Assembly (NCBI GenBank): GCA_002189035.1
Contig: NEEC01000014.1
Location: forward strand, 1,488,001-1,552,000
DNA from: Utricularia gibba
Lineage: Eukaryota; Plantae; Magnoliophyta
Direction of reading: 5' to 3'
Length of the DNA: 64,000 bases
Part shown: positions 40,742 to 55,005 of the stretch, one piece after another
Layout: every line of letters begins with the position of its first letter
Numbering within the stretch: the first letter of the stretch is position 1
Made by a program: the position numbers and the translations under genes
The notes under the pieces: model-generated
Databases searched by the model: none
The model's input: the letters and a program-made list of their open reading frames with translations, nothing else
Told to the model about the DNA's origin: nothing

Positions 40742-43458
40742 CTATGGTTGGTGCTCGATGCTCGCCGAGTTGACATGACATATTTCATGAAACAACAGCT
40801 TGATTGTTTGGCGAGGGGACAACCGACACAGGTCGATACATTCCTCAAGATCAGCATCACATGTTAGTAGTATCCATTCGCCATCATCATCCAGATACTT
40901 GAGATGGAAGTCTGTGGCATCTTCAACCTTGAATCGCTTCGATACTTCTTGCAACAGATCCAGGTACTTCCAATGATTCTGCACACGCAACCGGATTGTG
41001 TCGGTCCTGTAAGAAACTTTCATTCTCAGACCAGCCTTTTCTGCTGCAGGGATGAGGGATTCTGGTTTGTGAAGAGAACTAGGAATGAGTTTTGGGCCAT
41101 CCTTTATCATATGCAGATTTTCTTTGCTAGTTGAAGGCTCTTCTTGGTTGTCTTTATGGCTTACTGGGGAGGAAGAATGAGCCCTTGCAGGATGCACTTC
41201 GATGGAGCAGCTTCTCCTTGAACTGGAACTGTAACTGCGGGAAGTTGATGGTGAGGGAAATGCAGCTGCATGCCTTGAAGTGTTGATATCAACCTTCTCG
41301 TCCAATGAAGCTGTTCCAGGTTTACAAGGAGATGCCAGTTTAGAGAAATTCGAGTAGACGGGCTCCATCTTCACAAGACTTGATGCACCCTGGACTGAAT
41401 CAATCACGCGTTGGATCTTTTGCAAGGAATGGCCAACTTTCTTGATCGTTCGACACGGCCAACGCCGTATACCATGCTGGCGACATATCCTTTTCAGAGT
41501 TGTGGGGCACACTGCAATCAGTAGCATGGAGAAGTAAGCAAAAAGACATGACAAGTTCACCGCAGTGATATTATCAGAGACATGGCAATGCGTACCACCG
41601 AGATGTGTTGCTGCATCTTTCAGTGTTCCTGAAAAATGCTGCTTAAGTTCCTGTAGTGTTATCGTCTTCTCAGCTTTGCTGCGTCTTTTTTCCCGTGCCC
41701 GGCTTGTTGAGAGCAGCCCATCTGGCGCAGAAGTAAATGTCATAATATTGGGTGTGACCAATCCGCAGTCTTCGTGATGCATCAACGCAGGCTTCAGGCT
41801 TGGATCTCTTGAGCTGCCAATACATTTGAATGCACTTGTGGATGCATTATTAGCTATACCGGCCTCCTGTTGCAGCTCTTCATCTGTCACAACCCTTAAG
41901 GTCCGGCAAGCGTTCTGCATCGTCGTTGACAGTGATGAAAGCAGTTTCCTTTGCTCCTCTGCTTCCCCACACTTCACAGGCAAGAAGAACTCCAAAACGA
42001 AATCTGCCAGTCCGGTTGAAGTACTCCTAAGACGTATGGCAACAGCAGCTTTAAGACCAAAGATCCTTGCATAGTGGGAGAGAGGGTATTCTGTGATGCT
42101 GCAAGAAGTAACATCAGATGAATAACAGGGCTGGTTCGTCTCAAAAGCTTTCCCAACCACACCTAAACCCTTTAGCAAATGGTACTCGGAGCATGCCTCA
42201 TGAAAACCCTGAATCAGAGGATCGAATATGTAGCAGGCAGAGTCCACAGGGGAGACGCAGTTGTTTACATTTTCATCAGAGTGTCGGCATCCTTCTTTGC
42301 CTTGTAAGATACATGAGACCCAGGTTTGAGCTAATGGCAATTTATGACTTGTGCATACTGATCCCAGAACATCATATATTTCTGGTAAGGCAGCTTGGTA
42401 AGATAAATCACTTGTTGTCTGCAAATTGAACAGACGCATCAGCCATGCATTCTGAGTTGATTCATTGTTACACTAAAGCTCTATTACCTTTCCATTTTCA
42501 AACCTTGAAAGCTCTGCAGTCCGGAGATTTACAGCCTATAAAGCAAACAACTTTTCTCAGTAAACATTCATAGAGGAAAGATTGCTCTGCAGATGATCAT
42601 ACAATACATTTATATGAAAAAAATGCTAACCTCCAGAGCTTTGCAGACGGTTAGAAGTTCAGGGCGATACTGAATCTTTTGCTTTGTCAAGACAACCTCA
42701 ATGACACCCAAGCAAGCTTTGTTCCCCTGTTCAAGGACAGGGACGAGAAGAGTACCACGAACATCGTACTTGAGAGCATGATCGATTCTGGGGTACTCAT
42801 CCCATGTAAAAAAACGAACATCTGGTGTCCATTCAGGGACCTTACTCCTGAACACCCTCCCAGGCAATCCAACAATGCCCTTGTAATCTTCATCTGTAGA
42901 GAACTGGTAACTCACAGAGACTTCTCTATAGTGAGCGAGACTTGCACAGTTGAAATCAAGTGAGTAAGGCTGATCATCGGTGGTTAGGACACGCTTTCCC
43001 TCTCTGTTTACAGGAGCCCAGATTTGGATAAGTGCATCTCTATCCGCTAAGCACTTTTGCAAGCAACCAAGTGCCTGAATCAAACGTTCCATCACAGGTG
43101 TTGAAGGCCTTGGTCCAATCCACCACCGTTTGCTCGGTTCAGCAGATTCAAGAGAGTCTTCGTGCTCGGCGAACATACCAACAGAATTGTCATTTGTGAT
43201 GGATTTCGAGCCACCGGCTAACTGCTTATTCTCAGGTGAAGATGATGTCTGGTTCTCATTCTGAAAACCCTTTGATGGGGTCATGGAAAAATCAGCAATT
43301 GTGGCATCAGTATCAAGCTGTTGCTCCAAAGTGGATACAAAATTTGGGGAGCTAAAATAAGGGAACTCCAATCCATTTGCCTCCAACCAGCATCCATCCA
43401 ATATCAGGTCATCTATGATATCCAAATCCAACAAGTTGCCAGGAGAACCCTTGTCCAT
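40742..43458 (-). CDS. NLP: NIN-like protein (RWP-RK plus PB1), NLP4/5-like
   Basis: [146 protein letters not shown] and a PB1 domain (LKYLDDDGEWILLTCDADLEEC). Introns at ~42628-42536, ~42487-42421 and ~41593-41518. Confidence 0.95.
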
Positions 43459-45389
43459 TGCAAATCTAGAACTTCAGCTTATGTGCACAAAATCGAACAA
43501 TCTAACCAGAAGAAGAAATCACATAAAGGAGGGATGCCAAGTGCTGACCGTCTACAGAGATAAAAACAAACAAGAGAATTCCGCTTTTTCCTGGAAAAAA
43601 GAAAGCTTTTTAAAACACAGGAAAGCAGAAACAGAAACGACTTTGAGTTCTAACATCAAAGATACTCCCCTCCTAAAAAGGGATCTCCAGCGTCGGTTAC
43701 CTGGGAAGTGATTAATTTCTGGGTCGTGTCTCAAGTGCGGGCTCCCCAATTATCTCCCACGAAGTTGACGTTTGAACACGGAAACAAAGGATTTAGATTC
43801 AGCCTCACGATGCTGCTGAGGAATAGTATATTCAATACTGCGCTGATTCTTTTGGATTCAAAAGGGTTCTCGACAGACAGGAAGATGAATATTCTATGGC
43901 TATGGCACTCACTCCGGGTCCCCAACCCAGAAAGGTAACCCCTCGAGACAGACCCCACCTGCCTCAAGAATCACCCACACCATTAAAAAATAGTCAACCC
44001 TAGAAACAACCAGGCTGTGCAGTACCTGCTTTGTCCACATGTGGGGTGGGTCAATGAGATGAACTCCAGAATCCTGAAGCATATCTGCATCCCACCGCGA
44101 CTACCATTCACGCTGCTTTCAGATTTTTTTCGTGCTGTCAACTTCATTGACCCCCAGTTTTCCAGAATCATTGGGAATCAGGGTGTAAAACGTTTGAGAC
44201 AAATTGGGTCTGTTTCAAGTGTTGGTGTACTGTAGAAAATTATCCTCCAACAAAAACACTTCCGTAGTAGTCCCCTGGAAACTAGTGGTTGGCAGAATTA
44301 AAGATGTTTCAAATATGCTGACACCAAAACAACTTAGGGGAGCGAATTGGTTCCAAAAACCAGACTTGGGAACTTTCTTCTTCCCCCAAAGCGCTGAACC
44401 AGTGAGTGGCTGAGCTGGAGAACCAGCATTGGCGCAGCGAGGAGACTAGCGAAAGCACAATATTCTTGCTGTTTCCCAGCTTACTACAATCCGTTTCCTC
44501 TCCTACAATCACCGCAACGCCTAGCTGCTACGGCCAGCAATTTCTCTCACCTGGAACTTTATGAAGTCATTCCTCCCTCCTAAAACTGCTACGTCAACGG
44601 TTAGTTTCTACCAGTAGATATTTCTCTCCTAATATATACACGTAGACGCCTCATTAACCACTAGTGAAGGTGTTGCTGATGAGAAAATGTCGGATATTTC
44701 AGCCAGTACCAAAGAGAAGATACTGAAAAGAGAAAAAACCAAGAGCTAGATTACAAAGGTAGAATCATCATCTAATGTTGTTTTAGTTGTTAAATATAGA
44801 AGTTGAAACAGTTTTTGATTTATGTCATGACACGCGCCTTTGTGGGTTTGAAGTTTGAGGTTTTCTCCCAGTGTACTACAGAGAAGTAGCATAGGAGAGG
44901 CTATCGGAAGAAGATGCATCATCCCTTGGTGAAAAAAAGGGAAATGGGGAGATGGAGAGTAGACTCATTTAGAAGCTCAAACGGAGTGAGGCCGCAGTTT
45001 TGCAGGTTAGTTGTGACACTGCGATTAAATGAAATGAAATGAAGACATGATGAAGTTTCATTACCTGAGTAAGTCAATTGTTTTGTATTCAATGTATTTT
45101 TCTGAGTAGATCGTTTCCTGATGGACTGAAAAACCTAACTAGTCCACATTGAGCAATCCCCAATCGCACTGAATGAACTGTGTAATATCACCAAAGCAGG
45201 CTCAGCGATGATAATGGAATGCAGGGAAAAATGATTAATATAGAGAAATTTGGCAAATGTCAAGACAGAATGCAATAACAAGCCAATTGAGTCGTGCTAC
45301 ATAGAGTCCTGTCCAACATGGTACAAAATGAAGGGGTTGAGAACTCTCCAAGTCTTTCATAGGCAAAAGAAGGTCAAGAGATAGTGGCT

Positions 45390-46620
<1,231 letters not shown>

Positions 46621-46684
46621 TGTCGGCGACGGCGCGTAAACGAGATACCAGAGATCTGGGGCGTTGGACAAATTTGCAAGCAAA

Positions 46685-46740
46685 TATTTCTAGGGCTTCA
46701 TCTGCATATTGGGCCAAATCACTCCACGAAGCCCATACGC
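46685..46740. promoter_or_regulatory. Site II elements of the RPL30 promoter
   Basis: TGGGCC at 46710-46715 and AGCCCA at 46730-46735, about 90-115 bp upstream of the ATG. Confidence 0.6.
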
Positions 46741-47262
46741 AAGTAGCAATCCGTGTTTTGCAATATTTCAATTTTAGGAAAATTTCAAATTTTATATTTA
46801 TAAACAAAATTTCAGGGAAAATGATCAAATTTTAAAGAAAATTTTGATTTAAAATTTTTTAAAGAAATCTTTCATTTTTTTCATTTTTTAAAAATCAAAT
46901 TAACTTGTTTTCGCAATTAAAAATTTTATATTTTCTCTACATATTTTTATGAATGAAGATAAGATATACTTTCATGCGGTCGAGTATTTTTTTTCTTAAA
47001 ATAAATAAATAAAGTAATTATTTTGTTGCCTATCCGACAACTCCAATGACCCGGATCCGACAACCAAACCGACAGCCGGTCAACGTAGACTAGAAACAGT
47101 AATAAATCATCCCATGCGAAGTTGAGTTACAAAAACACTGCAACCTGATGATACAGAAGTTTCCTTTTTGCTCCGGGAAGCTCCTCCTACATCGTTCCTT
47201 CCTACACTACCTGAAGAATATGAATAGTACCGGAAAAAGGGTAGCCATACAAAGGTCAGTGG

Positions 47263-50200
47263 TCATCTCGGGCCGGAGAGTTCGACGGCGTGCAAGTTTT
47301 CCGTCGAGTCGACGATCCAATCTGAAGTGGGATGAGGCGCAAGCTCCACCTCCTGCCGGAGTACCTCAACCTTCTGCCATTCGTCCCACCGTTCGGCTAA
47401 TCCATCGCCTTCGAGCATCCGCACCACCTCCGCCATCTTCGGCCGGTCCATGGGGGAGCTCTGCGTGCAGAGGAGAGCTACTTGGATCAGCTGCTCAACC
47501 TCGGCTTCGACATACTTGCTCTGCAGGTCAGGATCCACCAGCATTTCCAGTTTTTTCTCTTTCAGAAGGCCTTTCACCTGAAATGCATTCCCGCCGGAAA
47601 TGACAATGGGCTGGAGAGAACTTTCATGGCAAAGGAGTCATGGGATGGATCTAAACGTACCCAATCAAGCAGCATGACATCATCATCATTCGCGAGGCGC
47701 GCGAGATCAAATGCTCTCTGCCCTGTTATCAGTTCCAGAAGCATGATTCCATAACCGAAGACATCGGTTTTCTCTGAAGATTTTCCGGTGGACAGGTACT
47801 CCGGTGCGATGTGGCCGATTGTTCCACGAACTGCGGTGGTGACATGAGTATCCTTGTAGTCCATCAGCTTAGCTAATCCAAAATCTCCAACAACCGCCTC
47901 GAACTCCTCATCCAACAAGATGTTTGCAGCTTTGACATCACGATGGATGATCTTCGGGTCACAGTGATCATGCAGATAAGATAAACCTCTGGCTGATCCA
48001 AGAGCGATGCGTTTCCTTGTCTGCCAATCAAGCGGAGGCTCGTTCGGCGGCCTCTCTGCAAGTAGCAAGTTCAGAATATGGTCATCTGGATCTAACGAAC
48101 ACGGTGATGTTCTCTCCTTACCCCTTAAACATGACGCTACACTCCCATTAGCCATGTATGGATAAACGAGCAGCCTTTCCGTCGGAGTCATGCAGAAGCC
48201 ACGCAGTCGGAGGAGGTTCCGGTGCACCGCCATGCTGATCATCTCAACCTCCGTTTGGAACTGGAGCTCTCCACCAGGCGTCCGTTCCTCCTTGAGTCTT
48301 TTAACAGCAACCAGAGAACCATCAGCCAGCCGCCCTTTGTACACCTTCCCAAATCCCCCTCGTCCCAGTATGTTCTTATTGCTGAAGCTATCCGTCGCAA
48401 CTTGAAGCTCTCTGAGAGAGAATCTTTTCAGTTGTCCCAGATGAACTTCAGGATCCTCCTCAGCTGCAGAGGGCAACGGAATGATGTCATCAGTGTGTGT
48501 TGAGATTTCATACGGTCTATCAAATAGAGCTACCAACCAGGTACATCAAAGAAGTACTCCTGTGGTTTTCTCCGGCGCCACCATGCAAAAGCAATGGCAG
48601 GGGCAGCAAACAGCAGAGCAGCACCAGCGGCAACACCTCCCGCGATGGCTCCAGCTGCACTATTGCCTCCTGCAATCCAAAGTTTGCATATTGTGTGAAG
48701 TTGCAGTTCCTCCAAACTGACTCCATGAAAATGAATACCTGGAGAAGACACTGGAGGTGGTGGAACGAAGGGTGGCGGTGGAGAAAACGGGGGTGAACCA
48801 GGGCAAGGCCTCCCAGTGACTGGACCACAGAGGTCCAGATTATTTGAAAAACTGTCAACATAAGTATGATCTAACTTAAATTACAGTGATTCCCAAATAC
48901 GTATTCAATCATGTTGTTCAACAAGCACCTGATGGGGGTGAACAAAGAAAAGGAGCCATTGTCTGGAACAACACCCGAAAGACGATTGTTCGATAAATCC
49001 CTGAGATGAATGAAAGAAAAATGATTTCTTTAGCTCAGAGATGCAAACCCCTTGTACAACTTTGGCACTTACAGAACTTGAAGTGCTGAAATGTTGGTTA
49101 ACGACAGTGGAATAGGACCACTCAAGCTGTTGTTGTTCAACCGGCTGACTTTGCAGGTACATGCATACAAAGTGGACATCAAAAAAACAGAAGAAACACA
49201 ATACACAGCTGCTGAATTTAGAAGGGACGACAGACTTACAGGAACCTCAATTTTGACAATTTTCCTAAAGTATCTGGAATCGGACCACTGAAGCTGTTGA
49301 GATAGAGGTCCAAGCTCACTAAATTCGTTAGATTACCAAGATCGCTTGGTATCATGCCACTAATATTGTTACTGTACAGCTCCCTATAATACAGCAGCTT
49401 TCAAGTAAACACTTGGTTCAAAAAGAGAAACACTGGAGTATTAAAGGATCGACGACCATGCTAAAGGAACGTACAAGTACTGCAAATTTTTGAGCAGGCC
49501 AAGCTGAGGAACTAGTTGGCCAGACAAAGCAGCATTTCCAAGGTCCCTGGATTGGGGGATATGGCAAAGCCATCACACTAAAGACCAATGAAACCAAACC
49601 AACAAACAAAAACAATGTATTCAGGCTCATACACTCTTATCACACTGTTGTCATTGTTGCAGGTGACGTGAAACCATGTGCAAGGATTGACGAGCGTAGG
49701 ATCCCAGCTCTGGAGAACATTGTTGGGATCATCCAGGTTCGTCCTAAGACTGTGCAATGCATCACCTGTCCACACAAGAGGGTGAAAAGCTCGGATCAAA
49801 AGGCACAGTATAAAGTCAAGAACACAAGAAACCGACCTCAACTGTAGCAATTTAGAACGAATATTGCTAATTGGAACCAGCCTAGTGAGTTCAGAAATCC
49901 AAACTCATGATTCTAACTCTTTGATAAACAATAGCAATGATAAATAAGTATATGCATCTCAAGAAATAGCAACAATAGGTCCATACTATGCTGTACACCC
50001 TGTAATGACACTTTCTACACAAAAATTGTCCAAAAGAAAAATTCTGCGCTCAATGTTAGTTACACAATAGGGCCAAGAAGATACGCCACAAAATGACAAA
50101 CTAAAGCTATCACATACCAGGTACAGGTTTTTCATTGCAATAGACACTCCCAAAAGAATTCATATCACAGTAAAACGAAAAAGGAAAACAGAATAGTGCA

Positions 50201-50319
50201 AGTAGCAGCTAACTATGCCGACCTTCCAAATTAGCGTGAATAGTGCGGAGAAAGTGCAGCACTAAGATGAACCACGCAAACAGTGAAATTGTGGCCTCAT
50301 TCTCCCTCCATTTCTCCAT
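47263..50319 (-). CDS. SERK: Somatic embryogenesis receptor kinase (SERK1/2-type LRR-RLK)
   Basis: Signal-peptide exon at 50319 ([33 protein letters not shown]), then [44 protein letters not shown], short LRR exons, the SPP motif ([16 protein letters not shown]), [31 protein letters not shown], kinase [57 protein letters not shown], and C-terminal VELSGPR. Confidence 0.97.
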
Positions 50320-52629
50320 CCTCCCCAAGAAAATAGTTACCCACGCGAACACCGAGGACTAACTTCACAAGTTCATGAGATGCTACCCCAGATCCAAACC
50401 AAGAAAAACCCAGCATTTACAGAAAGAACCCACAAACCGACACAACACCCCCCTTCATCCACACCACCAACTTCAGAAGCTCAGCTAACCACACCATCAA
50501 GCTGAACCCATCTCACAGCTCAACCAAGAACCCAGAAACCGAAGTGAGATTCTTGGCGCACCGCCGAATATCATCAAACTTTGAAAAACTTTCTTTCAAG
50601 TAATTATCTTCTCTGGCATTGCCTGCAAACCTTTTTCACCTATGTACAGTACACTGCTTTTTCTCACCCTCGCTCACCCTCCTACCGTCCACTTCTTCTC
50701 TCTCCTCTGTCGCCTGTAAACAAGTATGGAAGAGAGAGAACCCGAGCAAGTGAGTGTCAGTATGTGTGATGATTTTTTGGGGGGGCTATTTTTTTTCTTT
50801 CTCAATTTTTTTTTTTCTCGGAGGCGTGACTCCGCCTGTGACCACTGCCATGGCCTGGGTTCGAGACCTGCCCGAAGCCTTCCCTCCGCCATCACAACTG
50901 TAAGACTGTCAGCCTACTTAAACACCTTGGCAAAAGTGCACCCCTCATCTCTCCCTAATTTCCATATTCGCCCCATTCTCTTCCTGCACAAATAAATGTA
51001 TCATACTTTTCCCCCATAAACTACCCACCACCCAACCCGCAGTGAAACAATTCACAGGAATATCATTTCATTCACTTTACCCTTTTCTTCCCACATTGCA
51101 ACCTATTGTCTGCAGTAAAAAAAATTTGATCTTTACCTTTTGGTAATTAGAAATGCTATTAGTTGCAGAGAGACACATTTAATGGGAGAGTTAATGCGAT
51201 GAAGTTAGGTAAAGTTGAGGTATTGGTAGACATAATTATAGTTACCGTTTCTATAATTGTGCTCGTTGACTGCCCAAGCAGAAGGGCCACCTACGCACAT
51301 TTACTCTCTGCCCTTTTGGTTCTGCTGCTAATGCTGGCGGGTTACCTGGTTTTGAGGTTCTATACGAGTATAATGAACAGTTTACAGAGGCGGGGAAGGG
51401 GTATCATCTGACTCAGGCGCAGGCGGGAGGCCCCATCTGAGAGCCCACCTGCTTGAACTGGTAAGCTTCCTTAGCAGCAGCCATTAGCCACAGCGCTTTT
51501 GTCTTTCTTGATCATCTTCTTGTGCCAGTCAATGCGCTGCTACAGTGCGCCACATGGCTGCGGAGGTTCCCGGGCTGAGCCCCTTTGGATTAGAGAAGCG
51601 AAAACGGGGCGATGATGGGTTGACTATTTGGGGAAAATGACAATTTGTGATTAGCTGTGAAGTAACCCCACCGGCGGCGCCAGATGAAAGTGACGAGATG
51701 ACGGCGTAGGCAAAATGGAGCCCGAGGTGGTGGGTTTTGGCGTTTGGGTTCCTCTTCTGCTGCTGGGGCGCGCAGAAGCTTTCCGGCCGTACAATGTTGT
51801 TCAGCTCGGTTTGAAGAGGGTGACGCCACATGATGCGCGTCGGGATTCCAATCCGATGGTTTCTTATCGTTATCCACCTGCGTTGCCCATCCGTATTTTG
51901 TAAAATAGTGATCATGGGACAGACAGAAATAGCATGGCGTGGTCATGATCATGACATGACGACATGAGAGCGATGCCCTCTTCGATCCATTTGTTTTGGT
52001 CTTTTTGGTGTCTTAAAATCATGGACATGAGGCTTATTACACACATCTCTTGAGAATCCTTGTCCGAGAACAGTGCTTGGGGCAGCCCCTGGTTAAAGCA
52101 GCCAAGAAAGCCTGATGGGGAGGAAAGAAACCTGTTAGTTTAGCAGCATATAATAAGCAAAAGGATCAGTGTGATGTGAATGATTACCAGATGATTTTAG
52201 AAATTGTGGTTACAGGGTAGACCCACAGCATCAAATCGTAATCATTCAAGAAGTTTATGTGTATGGTATTCCGGCCGACCAGCTCTGAGAGGATTGGCTC
52301 CACCAACACCTATTTCCAGAACTTGTCCTTGGGCCAATACATTTCCACCACACGGTGGAGAATTCACTGTTTGGGAATCTAAGCATTTACAGAACATGAT
52401 CTATTGTCTGTGTTTCACATTCATATTTTAAATGCAACAGATAAGACTGAGAAATAGACGAGTCAGCAACTGCATGATCTCCCAAAAAGTGTGCATAACA
52501 TACTCAAATAAGATGGCCAACATATATTTTATGTACAGAAATAAGAAGACATGGAGGGGAAAAAGCCCAAGTGCCTCGTGTGTTGAATCAACGGTAATAA
52601 CTATCACAGATGGTGAATACATTATAGCA

Positions 52630-55005
52630 TCAGTGACAATCCACAAGTTTGGCAGAAACCCATAATGTAGCACATAATATTCCCACAAAAGACACAACAA
52701 GGATAATGCCAGTCATACGACTGAATGATGAACTTTGCACCATCATCACACCTTTACCTGGTGAGGAAGGGAGTGGAACATTCAGACTTTTGGGGTTCAA
52801 TCTTAACCTACTAAAACTAGACATTCTTTGCAAAGCCCTATTAACCAAAAGGCTTTCAGAAGCTGAAGCAGGAGTGGTAGGTATAGACTCCACAAAAGAC
52901 CAGAGAGTAGTGGATAACCATGAGTCTGTACCATCATCCTCATCCTGTTTCTTGCTTCCGATTTCATTGGCTCCAGTTGGGGATGGTTTACAAAATCAAG
53001 AGTGCGATTTTCATGGATAATACCTAAGTCATACCAAAATCCATATGCATTATCAGTAGCGAATCTACCAAACAATAATATGATAAATGGTGGTGGCCTA
53101 GCTATGGCATGCCACACAACATAACTTAACGATGGGGGCAAATGAAGTGCGAGAGGTGTTGCAGTGTTATTCCCTCTCAGGTACCTGGATTCAACAAATG
53201 GATGAAGTCTTGGTCGGCTTCTGTCGAAGGTATACAGCCTTTCTCTTCCATAGAAAGCGGATAGTTGTTTCCATTCACATTCGAAAATTGCTGATGCAGT
53301 GTGTATGTGGCATTTACATTGTCCAGAGAGACTGATGGAAGAGTTGGGATTGTGTTGATTCTTCCAGCCCAGAAATCAAGATTATTAGCCTGCATCTGCC
53401 AGGATTCACCATTACCAACATCAAAAGGAAGTGAGGATGCATCTTGGAAGTCAAACTCGTTGAAACCATCTACTTCATCAAAATGCAGCTCATCATTAGG
53501 TATACAAGTGCTCAATGAAGTTGGACAGGGGGCATCAGATCATTCATCTCCAGGAAATCTTCCAAAAAGTCCTCAGTAGGGTTGATCTCTTGAACATTAA
53601 GGAGTGGAACAGAAGAGACATCTAGAGCATTTGATAAAAGTAATGCGTTTGTTCCTATCTGCTCGATGTCAAAACAAGCTGGTACATCGAATCCAGGGTC
53701 ATGCTCATGGACAGCTGGTATGGACACATCCTGCAAAGAGTGTCCAGACAAGTTACTCTGCACGCCCTCCTCCGCAGCAAGGGCATGCCCAACATTGTTG
53801 TTGACTTGTGGTATGCTCAAGATAGGCTCAACTTCTAGCTTTTGTACGATTTCTGCAAAAGCATCTTGTGATGACGAGCACTGAACATTCTTAATACCAT
53901 CACCGGCCACGAAAGAACGAAACTCAAGCTCATCATTATCCCAATAATCTTCCCGAAATGGAGCACCATATTGTTCACCATTTTTAGGACCTGGGCCACT
54001 TTTTTTGTAAACCTTGTACAAGGCAAAATATTCTTTCTCAGTTTGGCATCTTTTGAGCTCCTCTTCATCCATGGTGTATTCGTGCATGACCCAGTCAGTT
54101 CGCACGCCACTTGGTGCGCGGCCCCTATAGAATACTAATGTCTTCTTTATCCCAACATTTCGAGGACCACATGAGATGCTTCTATCCTTTCCAGTAGCTT
54201 TCCAGTATCCGTGCTTTGTAGCTCGATTGGATCGTGCACCATTAGGATATTTCCTGTCTCTTGGACTAAAGAAGAACCATTGCCTGTCCCCAGTTTTTAG
54301 TTTTGACATCCCTGCAAACAAGAACATGAAGCAACATAAGCGATCCTTAAATCATACGAATATGAACCACTGTCTTTATGGTTTTCAAGACAAAATGGGA
54401 AGCAAAAAGCCAATCGATTTATCTAAAACTAGACGGCACAGAAACATACTAAGAAATCACCAACACAGAAACATAATAAGAAATCATGTTTTGTAAGTTA
54501 GTCTATTAGACGCCAACAGAAATCAACTACCCACAAAAAAATAGCACGGAAAAGGTAACTTACCCCCAAAAATATCAGGGAAAAAGGTGACTTACCCCCA
54601 AAAATCAACACACAAGGCAATCATCCTCAAAACATAAAGACTTCCACAGTACTGAAGATAGCACCGGCAGCAGGAAAGGAATCAAAGCGAGAGTAAGTTA
54701 TCATAACAAAAACAACAACAACAAAGCATGAGCAATCAAGAAACAAAATAAGCAACTCCACAACAAAACCAGTCAACCTTGACAGACCTAGAGAAAATAG
54801 GAGTAAAAAAAAAAAAAAACCCACCAGGCAACTCCTCAGGATCCCACTTGTAAACATCAGTCTCGCCGATTACATCCAAACGGTGGCGCTTACAGCAAAC
54901 CTTTCTCTTCAAATAGTAGAGCACGAGTTCCTCGTCCGTGGGGTGGAATCTGAATCCAGGAGGAAAAGGACCTCCCTTATCCAGAAAACCAGAATCCAGG
55001 TTCAT
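52630..55005 (-). CDS. NAC017: Membrane-anchored NAC transcription factor, ANAC017/016 clade
   Basis: NAC domain [74 protein letters not shown], then [26 protein letters not shown], and the clade-typical [31 protein letters not shown] followed by a C-terminal TM ([18 protein letters not shown]). 1-bp breaks at 53528-53532 and 52979-52982. Confidence 0.92.

Noticed and set aside
50840-50880. B-box-like GGTTCGAGACC suggesting a tRNA or SINE; similar GTTCAAATCC at ~18025
   Set aside because: No A-box at the right spacing, no cloverleaf and no poly-A tail or target-site duplication.
51085-51130. TCCCACATTG resembling the plant snRNA upstream sequence element
   Set aside because: There is no TATA box at the required spacing and no recognisable snRNA, 7SL, MRP or telomerase RNA sequence downstream.
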